Of a stretch of DNA of 64,000 bases, positions 1 to 8,967 are shown one piece after another. Position 1 is the stretch's first letter. Every line of letters starts with the position of its first letter. Below the pieces are notes generated by a model. The model had not been told where the DNA came from. It did no database searches and saw only the letters and a program-made list of their open reading frames with translations. This stretch comes from an uncultured Candidatus Saccharibacteria bacterium. Its GTDB lineage: Bacteria; Patescibacteriota; Minisyncoccia; UBA6257; 2-01-FULL-56-20. The stretch covers positions 174,850 through 238,849 of the forward strand of contig OZ246418.1 in NCBI GenBank assembly GCA_965231155.1, in the 5' to 3' direction. Made by a program: the position numbers and the translations under genes.

Positions 1-754
1 CAATGAGAATAAACTTCCGACCTTCTTTATGCGCTGCAATACCACTCGTACCGCTTCCCCCAAAAGGATCAAGGACCAATCCACTTTCAGGAGAAAGAAG
101 TTTGATAAAAAACCTTGGTAATTCAATTGGGAAAACTGCTGGATGTCCCATATTTTTACCAACTAATGGTATAGAAATAACGTTTGCTGGAAGAACGCTG
201 GCTTTCTCTGTCCATCTAGAAATATTCCTACCAAAACCACTCCTATTTTCTGAATTGTGTCTGTTTGAGTCATTTTTACCCAACTTTGCTAGTCTAGATT
301 TTGACCAGTCTCCTATAGGTTGCTTTACTGCTTCAAAATTGATAAATGGTCTCTTGCTTCTAGAGAGATGGAAACAATATTCCCACCCATCCCTAAGTCG
401 AGTGGGCCAAAAACCGGGCATGGGATTCGGCTTGTGCCAAATATAATCTTCGATTGCGTACCAACCCAAATTACTCAACGCACTGATAGTATCCCACACA
501 TATCTATGCCGAGTGCCATTAACGACTTTGTCTTTGATATTAATTACCAGACTCCCCGAAGGTTTTAATGCTTTTAGAAACGGTTCGTGAAACTCAAGGA
601 ACCAATTTGCATACTGATCAGGATGGATACTATCATAGTGATTCTTTCTGGCATCAGCATAAGGTGGCGATGTCACGATAAGATCAACCTGTCCAGAAAA
701 GTTTTGCAAAACCCTTCGACTGTCTCCAAGAATTATCTGATTAGAAATTTTCAT
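1..754 (-). CDS. Site-specific DNA methyltransferase, beta class, probably N4-cytosine (3' end runs off the window)
   Basis: Absent from the ORF track. Manual minus-strand translation from ATG 754 gives MKISNQIILGDSRRVLQNFSGQVDLIVTSPPYADARK...GHPAVFPIELPRFFIKLLSPESGLVLDPFGGSGTSGIAA. It has catalytic SPPY followed by the FxGxG SAM motif, and overlaps the upstream stop as ATGA. Confidence 0.93.
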   Translation of the reverse strand, partial: MKISNQIILGDSRRVLQNFSGQVDLIVTSPPYADARKNHYDSIHPDQYANWFLEFHEPFLKALKPSGSLVINIKDKVVNGTRHRYVWDTISALSNLGWYAIEDYIWHKPNPMPGFWPTRLRDGWEYCFHLSRSKRPFINFEAVKQPIGDWSKSRLAKLGKNDSNRHNSENRSGFGRNISRWTEKASVLPANVISIPLVGKNMGHPAVFPIELPRFFIKLLSPESGLVLDPFGGSGTSGIAAHKEGRKFILI

Positions 755-1692
755 GCTTCTTTGGAGTTACAGAATAGATCAATTAATTTCAGAGGATCAT
801 TGAAATTACCATCCTCATCTAGAAGTCCGTAATTCTTGCACTGTTCCCCAAATGCCCCTAAGAGTTCCTCTGGCATATAGACTGTTTCGACTAAATTTGT
901 TTTTCTACCTTCTTCCGTAAGAACTTCAAAAACTGCCTTGGCTATCTCCCTGTATGTATAGTTAGCGAAGAAAGGCCAGAAAAAATCTGATCCCCACACT
1001 TCTGTATTCACAGAGTACGCAGATTTTGTTTTTGCATTACCTCGTATGCTTCGTTGTCCTCTCTCTATTACAATACCAAATATACAAATATAAGGACCGG
1101 AACGATTTTTATCTGTACGTGCTACATCCTCCAAGGCAAAAATTGCTTTGGGCCAATCTTGACCACCCATTGTATTTGAACGGTTCTTTATAGAAACATA
1201 GATATTGAGAGTTTTATTTTCATCTAGAAGCTTCATTGTTGCATTGAAGTCTGCTTCAGCAGCTCCAATATCTGAAATTGTAGTGAACCTCTTCGAGCTC
1301 AGCGCGCAATCTTTGGCAATGAACTGATACCGCCACCCGGAATTCATTCGTTCTTTTTGTAAGGTCTGGTTACGAAACTGCTCTTTAGCAATTACACTGA
1401 AATGTCTTCCGAGGCAGTCGTAGGCGGAAGTAGCAGGATCTCCATAATATTTCCTGAAATAATCAAAGAGCTTCTTTCCTTTCAGCTTATATATTTTTAT
1501 TCTTTCTTCCCTAGGAGTCTCCTCCGGGATCTCTAAAATTGCACGACTAGATTTTTTACCGGCTCTCAATATAGCTTCTTTGATAATCGCTTTGAGCTTA
1601 GTGCTAGAAATTCTGTTTTTATGACTCGGTAGCTTCGAAACATCTAAGAAGCTCTTCTCGTCACGGGGATATGCCTGAGGTCCATTTGCCAT
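751..1692 (-). CDS. Putative type II restriction endonuclease (PD-(D/E)xK-like)
   Basis: Translationally coupled to the MTase. Contains EADF...YVSIKNRSNTMGG, resembling the D...xK-N-x-x-NTM core of Eco47II/SinI-like enzymes. AT-rich and next to a tRNA 3' end. Confidence 0.65.
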   Translation of the reverse strand: MANGPQAYPRDEKSFLDVSKLPSHKNRISSTKLKAIIKEAILRAGKKSSRAILEIPEETPREERIKIYKLKGKKLFDYFRKYYGDPATSAYDCLGRHFSVIAKEQFRNQTLQKERMNSGWRYQFIAKDCALSSKRFTTISDIGAAEADFNATMKLLDENKTLNIYVSIKNRSNTMGGQDWPKAIFALEDVARTDKNRSGPYICIFGIVIERGQRSIRGNAKTKSAYSVNTEVWGSDFFWPFFANYTYREIAKAVFEVLTEEGRKTNLVETVYMPEELLGAFGEQCKNYGLLDEDGNFNDPLKLIDLFCNSKEA

Positions 1693-1776
1693 ACCCTAAG
1701 GTTAGCAAATCTAGTGCATTTTACCATCGACAACAGTTGTTGTATTTTTTGCAACAACTAAACTTGGATATCAAAG

Positions 1777-1907
1777 GGAGAGGGAGGGCACTACGCTATT
1801 CGAACGCGCTCGCTCTACTCGCTTCTCAAAACCTTCGGTTTTGAGTAATTTCCGACACGGGAAACCAATCGTGGTTTCCCGACCCCTTCCGCTGTTCGAA
1901 TACCTCC
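1777..1907. repeat. tRNA-associated palindromic/structured element containing a partial copy of the tRNA-Ser 3' end
   Basis: GGAGAGGGAGGG (1777-1788) plus ATTCGAAC (1798-1805) duplicates 1959-1978. Outer stem TATTCGAAC/GTTCGAATA. Inner hairpins at 1825-1845 and 1858-1881. Confidence 0.7.
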
Positions 1908-1919
1908 GCTCACTATAGC

Positions 1920-1950
1920 AAAAATGACACTCACAAGGAATGTCATTTTT
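1920..1950 (-). terminator. Intrinsic terminator after tRNA-Ser
   Basis: AAAAATGACA...TGTCATTTTT inverted repeat with T tracts. Confidence 0.6.
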
Positions 1951-1957
1951 ACTACGG

Positions 1958-2044
1958 CGGAGAGGGAGGGATTCGAACCCTCGGTACCGGTGAAGGTACA
2001 CAGTCTTTCCAGGACTGCCAATTAAACCACTCTTGCACCTCTCC
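1958..2044 (-). tRNA. tRNA-Ser(GGA)
   Basis: Reverse complement is GGAGAGGTGCAAGAGTGGTTTAATTGGCAGTCCTGGAAAGACTGTG...GGTTCGAATCCCTCCCTCTCCG. Long variable arm, anticodon GGA, CCA not encoded. Confidence 0.96.
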
Positions 2045-2094
2045 TTTGGTGTACGCTAGATAGTATACCGACTTTCTTAGCTTGGCAAAACTTC

Positions 2095-2787
2095 CTAAGA
2101 GATAATCGTGCCCACAAACTCCTTGCCATCGATCAGCGCGGAGAAGTTCTTCAGATCACGACCGTCCATGATGATGGCTTTGATTCCTTCCTTCTCGCCC
2201 AAGCGAGCAGCCACGGGATCAACTGGCGAGTGAAAACCTGGGCTCCACTTTTTGGGGATGAGCGAACGGTACTTTTCCCAAGAGATCGTCTCAAACGGTT
2301 TGGCGTCTTTGTATTTCACAAAGTCTTTGTCGTAGACATGACTCGGCTTTCCAGCCACGATCACTTCGCTGGCGTCGAAATCAACGGCTAAGGCGACGGA
2401 GATGAAATCAGTGGACCAGCCTGGGCGCCAGCCGGAGGCGATGGTTACGGGATACTTCAACTTCTTGGTTTTATAGCGAGAGTCAATGACGACAGGATCG
2501 GCGATGTCTTCAAAGACGGTGCGGAGAAGATGGCCGTTCAAGCGGGTGGCGTGGATGCCAATCCAGTCTTTGTCCTCGTCGGTCACTTCGGCAATCTCGG
2601 CGGCGGCTTTTTGATATAAGCGACTGACTCGTCCCCCACCAACCACAATCACAAACTGTTTTCCTTTTTTAACGTACTTACGAATTATCTTCGTAAACTC
2701 CAGAATAAACTTCGTATCAATTTCTTCGGGGTAGAGAATAGATCCCCCGAGGGCGATGACAATAGTTTTACTGAAGCGGTGTTTCAT
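2095..2787 (-). CDS. pyrH: UMP kinase, archaeal-type
   Basis: IVIALGGS, VVGGGR, GWRPGWSTD and PVDPVA motifs of the amino-acid-kinase fold. Confidence 0.92.
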   Translation of the reverse strand: MKHRFSKTIVIALGGSILYPEEIDTKFILEFTKIIRKYVKKGKQFVIVVGGGRVSRLYQKAAAEIAEVTDEDKDWIGIHATRLNGHLLRTVFEDIADPVVIDSRYKTKKLKYPVTIASGWRPGWSTDFISVALAVDFDASEVIVAGKPSHVYDKDFVKYKDAKPFETISWEKYRSLIPKKWSPGFHSPVDPVAARLGEKEGIKAIIMDGRDLKNFSALIDGKEFVGTIIS

Positions 2788-3622
2788 CTTTTTTGGAATC
2801 TACAACGATAGGAAAGTTCATCCAGATAGCGAGTAGGGTAAGGAGGGTCAAAATGATCTGGCTGAAGAAAATGGCAGGGAGAATTGGCAGAGCTACAAAA
2901 ACGAGATTAACCAGAATTCCCAGAGTCATGGCATGCAGTCCAATCTGATATGACTGCTTATAACTAAACTTTCGGCCACGCAGTCGACCAATCGCCATAA
3001 TAAACAGAGCTCCGAGAAGAAGTCCAAGGGCCAGCATGGCAGAAAACCACAGACTGACAAAGAAAATTCCGCCGACAATCAGGAACGGCACCCAGGCAAG
3101 CAAGGGGGTCGCCTCTCCAATCCAACTCACCACCTGCGCTCTATTAATCACCGCATCGGGGATATCTTTCAGAGATTCTGAATCTTCGATACCGCCCTTC
3201 TCGTTGGCCACATAGATCGTATCCTTGGTTGCATACAGCAATGTATTTGCTGTCTTGAAACGCGCTTCATCAAATGGATTCTTTGGGTCGATGACTAAAA
3301 AGTTCTGAGGGAGGCCTGGCGTTGAGCTCCCAAGTGTGAGAGGAATCACGGCCGGCTCTTCGGTGTTTGTGGAGATCTGTCCGGCTTTGATGGTTACTAC
3401 CAAATTCTCGGGAAACCGAGAAACAAGTTCCGGACCGAAGTTATCAAGCGCAGTTCTTACAATTGGCAGGAGGCGGAACGAGACCACGGTACTCACGAAA
3501 AGCGCCACCATTAAGGAGAGTGAGATGAAGTATACAAATGAACTGGAAAGTTTTTCCGTGAGCACTTTCTCGTAGTATGCAACGTTATAAATACTGTCCT
3601 GGATTTCTTTGAAGATAGACAT
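2768..3622 (-). CDS. Membrane protein, DUF1189-like
   Basis: N-terminal TM, extracellular loop, several C-terminal TMs with SYKQSYQIGLHAMT. Confidence 0.6.
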   Translation of the reverse strand: MSIFKEIQDSIYNVAYYEKVLTEKLSSSFVYFISLSLMVALFVSTVVSFRLLPIVRTALDNFGPELVSRFPENLVVTIKAGQISTNTEEPAVIPLTLGSSTPGLPQNFLVIDPKNPFDEARFKTANTLLYATKDTIYVANEKGGIEDSESLKDIPDAVINRAQVVSWIGEATPLLAWVPFLIVGGIFFVSLWFSAMLALGLLLGALFIMAIGRLRGRKFSYKQSYQIGLHAMTLGILVNLVFVALPILPAIFFSQIILTLLTLLAIWMNFPIVVDSKKDETPLQ

Positions 3623-3635
3623 GATTTTTATTCTA

Positions 3636-4532
3636 TTACTTTATTTCTATTCCTTTAAGGGCGGCGATACGTTCCTCGATCGGTGGATGGGTCATAAATA
3701 TCTTATGAAACCAGGAGGTCTTCTCCTCCCCTGCGAACGGATCATCAATCCAGAGGTGCGAGGTGGTGTTGTTGGCGATCGACATTGGCGTGACGTCGGC
3801 GGAGATTTTTCTAAGGGCGCTTGCCAAACCTTCAGGATATCGGGTGAGCAGTGCGCCAGAGGTGTCAGCCAGAAACTCTCGGCGACGGGAAACCGCTAAA
3901 CGCATCAGCGTGGCAGAGATTGGCGCGAGAATGGCGATCGCAATGGCCGCAATATAAAACACTGGTGGGACCTGGCGATCTCGATCACGATGCCCCCAGA
4001 ACATCGAACGCAAAAACATATCGCTAATCAAAGAAATGAAACCGACGAGGATGACGGCTGCGGTGCCAATCAACATATCGCGATTACCAATGTGCGACAT
4101 CTCATGCGCCAGGACGCCTTCGAGCTCGGCGCGATCGAGTTTATTGAGTAGTCCTTCGGTCACCGCGATCACGGCGTGTTCTGGATTGCGCCCAGTGGCA
4201 AAGGCATTGAGGGCTGACTCGTGGATAATGTAGAGCTTCGGCATTGGCAAGCCGGCAGTAATCGAGAGGTTCTCGACGATACGATACAGCTCGGGATTCG
4301 TCTTCATATCAACTGGCTCAGCGTGCGCCATCGAGAGCACGATCTTATCTGAGTACCAGTAACTGACAAAGCTAGTGAGAAAAGAAAATCCTACGGCAAA
4401 ATAGAGGATGCCCGGATCACCATAGACCTGCGAAAACACCCAGCCCACGCCGATGATAAAGATGAGAAAAACAGAGAACAAAAGGAAAGTCTTTCTGATA
4501 TTAGACTCTTTTTGCGTATAGAGAGAAACCAT
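3636..4532 (-). CDS. htpX: M48 family zinc metalloprotease HtpX
   Basis: NAFATGRNP, AHEMSH (HExxH), REFLAD, THPPIEERI. Confidence 0.95.
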   Translation of the reverse strand: MVSLYTQKESNIRKTFLLFSVFLIFIIGVGWVFSQVYGDPGILYFAVGFSFLTSFVSYWYSDKIVLSMAHAEPVDMKTNPELYRIVENLSITAGLPMPKLYIIHESALNAFATGRNPEHAVIAVTEGLLNKLDRAELEGVLAHEMSHIGNRDMLIGTAAVILVGFISLISDMFLRSMFWGHRDRDRQVPPVFYIAAIAIAILAPISATLMRLAVSRRREFLADTSGALLTRYPEGLASALRKISADVTPMSIANNTTSHLWIDDPFAGEEKTSWFHKIFMTHPPIEERIAALKGIEIK

Positions 4533-5083
4533 TAGAACTTAACCTGGACTGGAGCTTTTTCTTTTTCGTCCTCAACCTCGAAGAACTTTTCAGAGAAGAA
4601 TCCGAACGAACTGGCGATCATATTCGAAGGGAAGGTCTCGATCATAGTGTTCAGATCACGGACTGTGCCGTTATAGAACCGACGAGCGGCCTGGATCTTA
4701 TTCTCAGTGTCTGACAACTCGCGCTGTAACTCTAAGAAGTTTGTGTTGGCCTTAAGATCAGGATAGTTTTCAGCTACTGCAAACAACGTCTTCAAAGTGC
4801 CGGTTAACATATTCTCCGACTCAGCACGATCTAAGGCACTGCCCGAAGCACCACTCACCGCCGCCCGGGCTTTGGTGACATTTTCTAAAACACCCTGCTC
4901 GTGTGAAAGATACCCCTTCACTGTTTCCACTAAGTTTGGGATCAGATCAAAACGACGCTTCAGCTGTACATCAATATCCGAGATGGCCTCCTGTGCTCGA
5001 AAACGCAAAGTGACCAAACGGTTATAGGCATACACCAACCATAAGGCGAGCAAAACTGGGATTCCAATAATAATGAATGTCAT
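4532..5083 (-). CDS. lemA: LemA family protein
   Basis: DVQLKRRFDLIPNLVETVKGY and AVAENYPDLKAN; typical lemA-htpX operon. Confidence 0.96.
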   Translation of the reverse strand: MTFIIIGIPVLLALWLVYAYNRLVTLRFRAQEAISDIDVQLKRRFDLIPNLVETVKGYLSHEQGVLENVTKARAAVSGASGSALDRAESENMLTGTLKTLFAVAENYPDLKANTNFLELQRELSDTENKIQAARRFYNGTVRDLNTMIETFPSNMIASSFGFFSEKFFEVEDEKEKAPVQVKF

Positions 5084-5131
5084 AGTTCCTGGATTATATC
5101 ACATCATACTCAAAATCAAACAGGCCACTCC

Positions 5132-5161
5132 TTGACAACATTCACTTTCTTCATATATAGT
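5132..5161 (+). promoter_or_regulatory. Sigma70-type promoter of rlpA, followed by SD AAGGAGG
   Basis: TTGACA-N18-TATAGT; AAGGAGG upstream of ATG 5192. Confidence 0.6.
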
Positions 5162-5191
5162 AAGATCAGCACAACGAAAGGAGGTCTCATC

Positions 5192-5611
5192 ATGCAAATG
5201 AAGAGATCCATTGTAGCTCTATTGGGATTGGTTGTTGCAGTAATCGCCGCCAGCCCCAAGCGAACTAACGCGCAAGATTCTCTGTGTAACATCGAAAGTC
5301 CGACTATCCTAGTCGGTCAGGCCTCGTGGTATGGTCCCCGGTTTCACGGGAAAAAGACAGCCACAGGAAAGGTGTTCGACCAGAACGACCCTTCAATGGC
5401 CGCTTGCCTCGATGGGTTCAAGAATGCCTGTCTTCGAGTGACTAACCTGGAAAATCGCCGCTCACTCACGGTTGCTTGTAGAGACACGGGTAGCTTCTGT
5501 GAAAAATACGGAAGGATCATCGATCTCTCCGAAGCAGGAGCAATCCGCCTCGGGTATAAGACCCGAGGAGAAGCAGACGTCAGAGTCGAACCTGTGGCAT
5601 GTGAATCGTAA
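5192..5611 (+). CDS. rlpA: RlpA-family (DPBB) lytic transglycosylase, secreted, Cys-rich
   Basis: GQASWYGPRFHGKKTATG, LRVTNLEN, GRIIDLSEAGA; signal peptide; SD before ATG 5192. Confidence 0.88.
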   Translation: MQMKRSIVALLGLVVAVIAASPKRTNAQDSLCNIESPTILVGQASWYGPRFHGKKTATGKVFDQNDPSMAACLDGFKNACLRVTNLENRRSLTVACRDTGSFCEKYGRIIDLSEAGAIRLGYKTRGEADVRVEPVACES

Positions 5612-5632
5612 CGCGTTAGTTCCCCCCCCATG

Positions 5633-5668
5633 AAAAAGGCCCGTGCGCATCCAGCGTATCGGGCCTTT
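5633..5668. terminator. Bidirectional intrinsic terminator (rlpA/groL)
   Basis: AAAAAGGCCCG...CGGGCCTTT hairpin between convergent genes. Confidence 0.7.
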
Positions 5669-5750
5669 CCTACATTCAGTAAGCCTTTATGAGTATTTTG
5701 ATCCGAAAACCTATAAAGGAAGTCCTAGATTTTTGGATAAAAGATACGAA

Positions 5751-7400
5751 CTAGTAGCCCATGCCACCCATCCCCGGCATACCACCTCCCATACCAGCAT
5801 TCTTATCTTCCTTCTCTGGAATGTTTGTAAGCGCGGCGCCAATAGTCAGATAGGTTGAAGCCACTGAGACCGAGGAAACCAGAGCGGTCTTTGTCACCTT
5901 CAGCGGATCGATAATCCCCGCTTCTTTTAGATCGCCAATCTTATTGGTAATGCCATTAAAGCCAGTCCAACGATCACCCTTGGCTCGCTTCTTCAGTTCT
6001 CCCAACACTGCTTCGGCTGACTCACCGCTGTTGTGTAAGATGGCACGAATTGGTGCTTCTAAGGTTTTCATCAAGATCAGATGCGCAGCTTTCGCCACCT
6101 CATCTTTCTTTTCTACATCAGCCATATCCAAAGAAACATTATAGAGCGCGATTCCACCGCCAGGGACGATACCTTCTTCCATGGCAGCGCGTGTGGCAGC
6201 AACCGCATCTTCCACTCGTTGCTTCAGCTCCTTCTGAGCAGACTCGGTTGCGGCACCAACTTTAATAACGGCCACACCACCAGAAAGTTTGCCCAATCGC
6301 TCCTGCAACTTCTCCTTGTCGAAATCAGAATCGGTCTTCTGAATCTGAGCTTTAATCTGCGAAACTCGACTATCGATTTCTTTTTTATCGCCCTTACCAT
6401 CAACGATGGTAGTGGAGTCCTTTGTAGACACAACACGATGCGCGTGGCCGAGGTCTTCGAGCGTAACATTCTCTAACTTCTTGCCGAGATCTTCAGATAC
6501 GAACGAAGCGCCGGTGACGATCGCGATATCCTGCAACATCTCCTTCCGGCGATCACCAAAACCAGGAGCCTTCACCGCTAACACGTTGAAGATGCCACGG
6601 AGCTTGTTCAGAACAAGCGTCGCCAAAGCCTCACCCTCAACCTCTTCAGCAATAATTACCAACTCCTTCTTGCCACTCTGTACAATCTTTTCTAAGAGAG
6701 CCAGAATCTCCTGAATCGAAGAAATCTTCTTGTCAGTTACTAAGATATATGGATCTTCGAGAGCCGCTTCCATGCGCTCCTGATTAGAAATCATATACTG
6801 CGAAACATATCCGCGATCAAACTGCATACCCTCCACCAACTCATACGAGTTCGCCAAGGTATTCGAATCTTCAATAGTAACTACACCATCCTTACCAATC
6901 TTTCCCATTACTTCGGCGATTAATCCGCCAATCTCTGCGTCCTTCGCAGAAAGAGTGGCAACTTCTTTTACCTTTTTGTTGTCGTTAATAAGTTCTTTCT
7001 GGGTCTCCAAGGCCTTGATAATAGAAGTGCTTTCTTTCTTCAGCTCTTCGGCCAAGTGAATAACATTAAAACCTTTTTCGCGAATGGCTTTCTCACCCTC
7101 ATCGATCATGGCCTGAGCCAGCACGACAGAGGTCGTTGTGCCATCACCGACATTGTCGTTGGTTTTGTCAGCGGCCTGTTTAATAAACTCGGCGCCAAGA
7201 TTTTCGTACTTGTCTTCAAGTTCAACTTCCTTAGCGACGGTTACACCATCAAGTGTCACCTGCGGTGCGCCATAGCCTTTTTCAATCACTACCGCACGAC
7301 CACGAGGCCCAAGAGTCATCTTCACTGCTTCGGCCAACTTGTCGATACCCTTCTTCATCGCGGCTCGCGCCTCTTCGTTAAACAAAATTTGTTTTGCCAT
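5751..7400 (-). CDS. groL: Chaperonin GroEL
   Basis: [23 protein letters not shown] and GGM tail. Confidence 0.99.
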   Translation of the reverse strand: MAKQILFNEEARAAMKKGIDKLAEAVKMTLGPRGRAVVIEKGYGAPQVTLDGVTVAKEVELEDKYENLGAEFIKQAADKTNDNVGDGTTTSVVLAQAMIDEGEKAIREKGFNVIHLAEELKKESTSIIKALETQKELINDNKKVKEVATLSAKDAEIGGLIAEVMGKIGKDGVVTIEDSNTLANSYELVEGMQFDRGYVSQYMISNQERMEAALEDPYILVTDKKISSIQEILALLEKIVQSGKKELVIIAEEVEGEALATLVLNKLRGIFNVLAVKAPGFGDRRKEMLQDIAIVTGASFVSEDLGKKLENVTLEDLGHAHRVVSTKDSTTIVDGKGDKKEIDSRVSQIKAQIQKTDSDFDKEKLQERLGKLSGGVAVIKVGAATESAQKELKQRVEDAVAATRAAMEEGIVPGGGIALYNVSLDMADVEKKDEVAKAAHLILMKTLEAPIRAILHNSGESAEAVLGELKKRAKGDRWTGFNGITNKIGDLKEAGIIDPLKVTKTALVSSVSVASTYLTIGAALTNIPEKEDKNAGMGGGMPGMGGMGY

Positions 7401-7438
7401 AGTGTTTCAGATTTATACGTTTTTAAAAAGACCTTTTA

Positions 7439-7732
7439 TTACTCCAGGATCGCGAGGATATCGTCCTCATCGCCAACCATATACTTCTTGCCGTCGAGCT
7501 CCACCTCGTCTGGACCATATTTCTTGAATAAGACGGTGTCGCCCACCTTCACCGACATTGGGATTCGGGCATCTCCATCCTCGTTCATCTTGCCTGGACC
7601 AATAGCGATAACCTTCCCTCTTACTGGGCGTTCTTTCTCGGCTGAATCTGGCAAAACAATCCCCGACTGCGTAACCTTTTCCGCCTCCAAAGGCTCAATA
7701 AAAAGGTGATTTGATAATGGCTTTACGTTCAT
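7439..7732 (-). CDS. groS: Co-chaperonin GroES
   Basis: VKPLSNHL...TQSGIVLPDSAEKE...VKVGDTV. Confidence 0.98.
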   Translation of the reverse strand: MNVKPLSNHLFIEPLEAEKVTQSGIVLPDSAEKERPVRGKVIAIGPGKMNEDGDARIPMSVKVGDTVLFKKYGPDEVELDGKKYMVGDEDDILAILE

Positions 7733-7824
7733 TTTTTTAAAATAAATTGGTTTACAATCGACCTAGTTATTAGTTAATAAGGTGGCTTAATCATAGGGAA
7801 AATTGACGCATAGTCAAGGTTCTC

Positions 7825-7923
7825 TCGGGTTTTCTTGGCTAGAACACGGATAGAATTCTCACTGAATTCTTCCTATACTCCCACCGCCGTGGTCCGTAAT
7901 GATCTAGCCAACAAAACCCTCGA
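7825..7923. ncRNA. Unassigned structured element (long stem closing a two-hairpin junction) upstream of the groS promoter
   Basis: GGGTTTT-C-TTGGCTAGA-AC-ACGGA pairs with TCCGT-AATGA-TCTAGCCAA-C-AAAACCC. Inner hairpins are AGAATTC/GAATTCT and CCAC/GTGG. Confidence 0.45.
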
Positions 7924-7975
7924 TCAAGGGGCAAAAGGAGACTTCCCTGTCGCTCCTTGGGTCACTGATTCGAAC

Positions 7976-8938
7976 CTAGGAGGTGGCGAAGTATCTTTTC
8001 CAAATCCAATGACTAAACCGCCAGCCGAGAATAATCGCAAGGAGCAAAGTGCCAAGCCACAAGATTAGAACTGGAAGATAGAAGAGGATACGGACGATAC
8101 TATCTATATAACCAGCCAGACCCGTAACCATATTTCTGAACGCCTGTTTGATAGTAAATAACGGCCGCCAGCGAAAACCGAACACTTCAACATCAGCTTC
8201 GGAAGTGAGGGAGATGGTGATGGTCGACATATCAATCTGGCGGGAGAGATAGGTAAGCTGTCCCTGAACCTGCTCGATCTGTCCGCGAACCGAATTAAGT
8301 TCTCTTTGAACTTTTAACGTCTCCTCAACTGTAACCGCGCGCTTCATAATCTCGAGAAACTGACTTTCACCAGCTTTCAGGTTTCGCAAGCGGGCTTCTA
8401 AATCAACAAACTGGTCAGTTACGTCGCTTGCGGAAAGATTCTCGCGTTCAACCTTGATAGCCAGTTTTTTAATCTCTGCCACGGCGGCGTCAAACTGATC
8501 AGCGGGCAGTCTTATGGTGACCGAACCGGTTTTCATGCCATCGGCCACTTCATAAATGTTGGCTGAGTTTATAAACCCTTTAAACTGTGTGGCAATACCT
8601 TTCAGTTTTTCCGCTGCTTCTTCGGCTTTCCCCACAATCAAACTCAAACTGCCATTCTTAATGACTTTGCGATCAATGGCACTGTTCTGAGAAGTCTGAT
8701 TACCACTATTTATTTCTCTATAACTTTCAGTAGAGCCCATCTCCTGAGAAAATTCCCCTGCCCCGCCGGAAGATGGTGCGGCATAATAGTCTGAATAACC
8801 GGGAGCAATCGATGCTGACTTAAAAGCTGATGGCCTTAGGGAGGTAGAGAAAAAAACTATTGCAAGAATCGCTAATACCCCGAAAAAGGCCAACAACACA
8901 ACTACTCCTTTTTTAATTTTCTGAAGCCAGTTCGTCAT
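7976..8938 (-). CDS. DUF4349-domain membrane protein
   Basis: RKVIKNGSLSL, DVTDQFVDLEARLRNL, coiled coil, C-terminal TMs. Confidence 0.85.
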   Translation of the reverse strand: MTNWLQKIKKGVVVLLAFFGVLAILAIVFFSTSLRPSAFKSASIAPGYSDYYAAPSSGGAGEFSQEMGSTESYREINSGNQTSQNSAIDRKVIKNGSLSLIVGKAEEAAEKLKGIATQFKGFINSANIYEVADGMKTGSVTIRLPADQFDAAVAEIKKLAIKVERENLSASDVTDQFVDLEARLRNLKAGESQFLEIMKRAVTVEETLKVQRELNSVRGQIEQVQGQLTYLSRQIDMSTITISLTSEADVEVFGFRWRPLFTIKQAFRNMVTGLAGYIDSIVRILFYLPVLILWLGTLLLAIILGWRFSHWIWKRYFATS

Positions 8939-8967
8939 ATGCAGTTATTATACTATACTACTCCGAA

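Noticed and set aside
3-832. Plus-strand ORFs 3-446, 320-568 and 587-832
   Set aside because: They are antisense shadows of the minus-strand DNA methyltransferase, which has clear motifs.
1771-2021. ORFs of 76 and 68 aa on the minus strand
   Set aside because: They overlap tRNA-Ser and the palindromic element and have no coding features.
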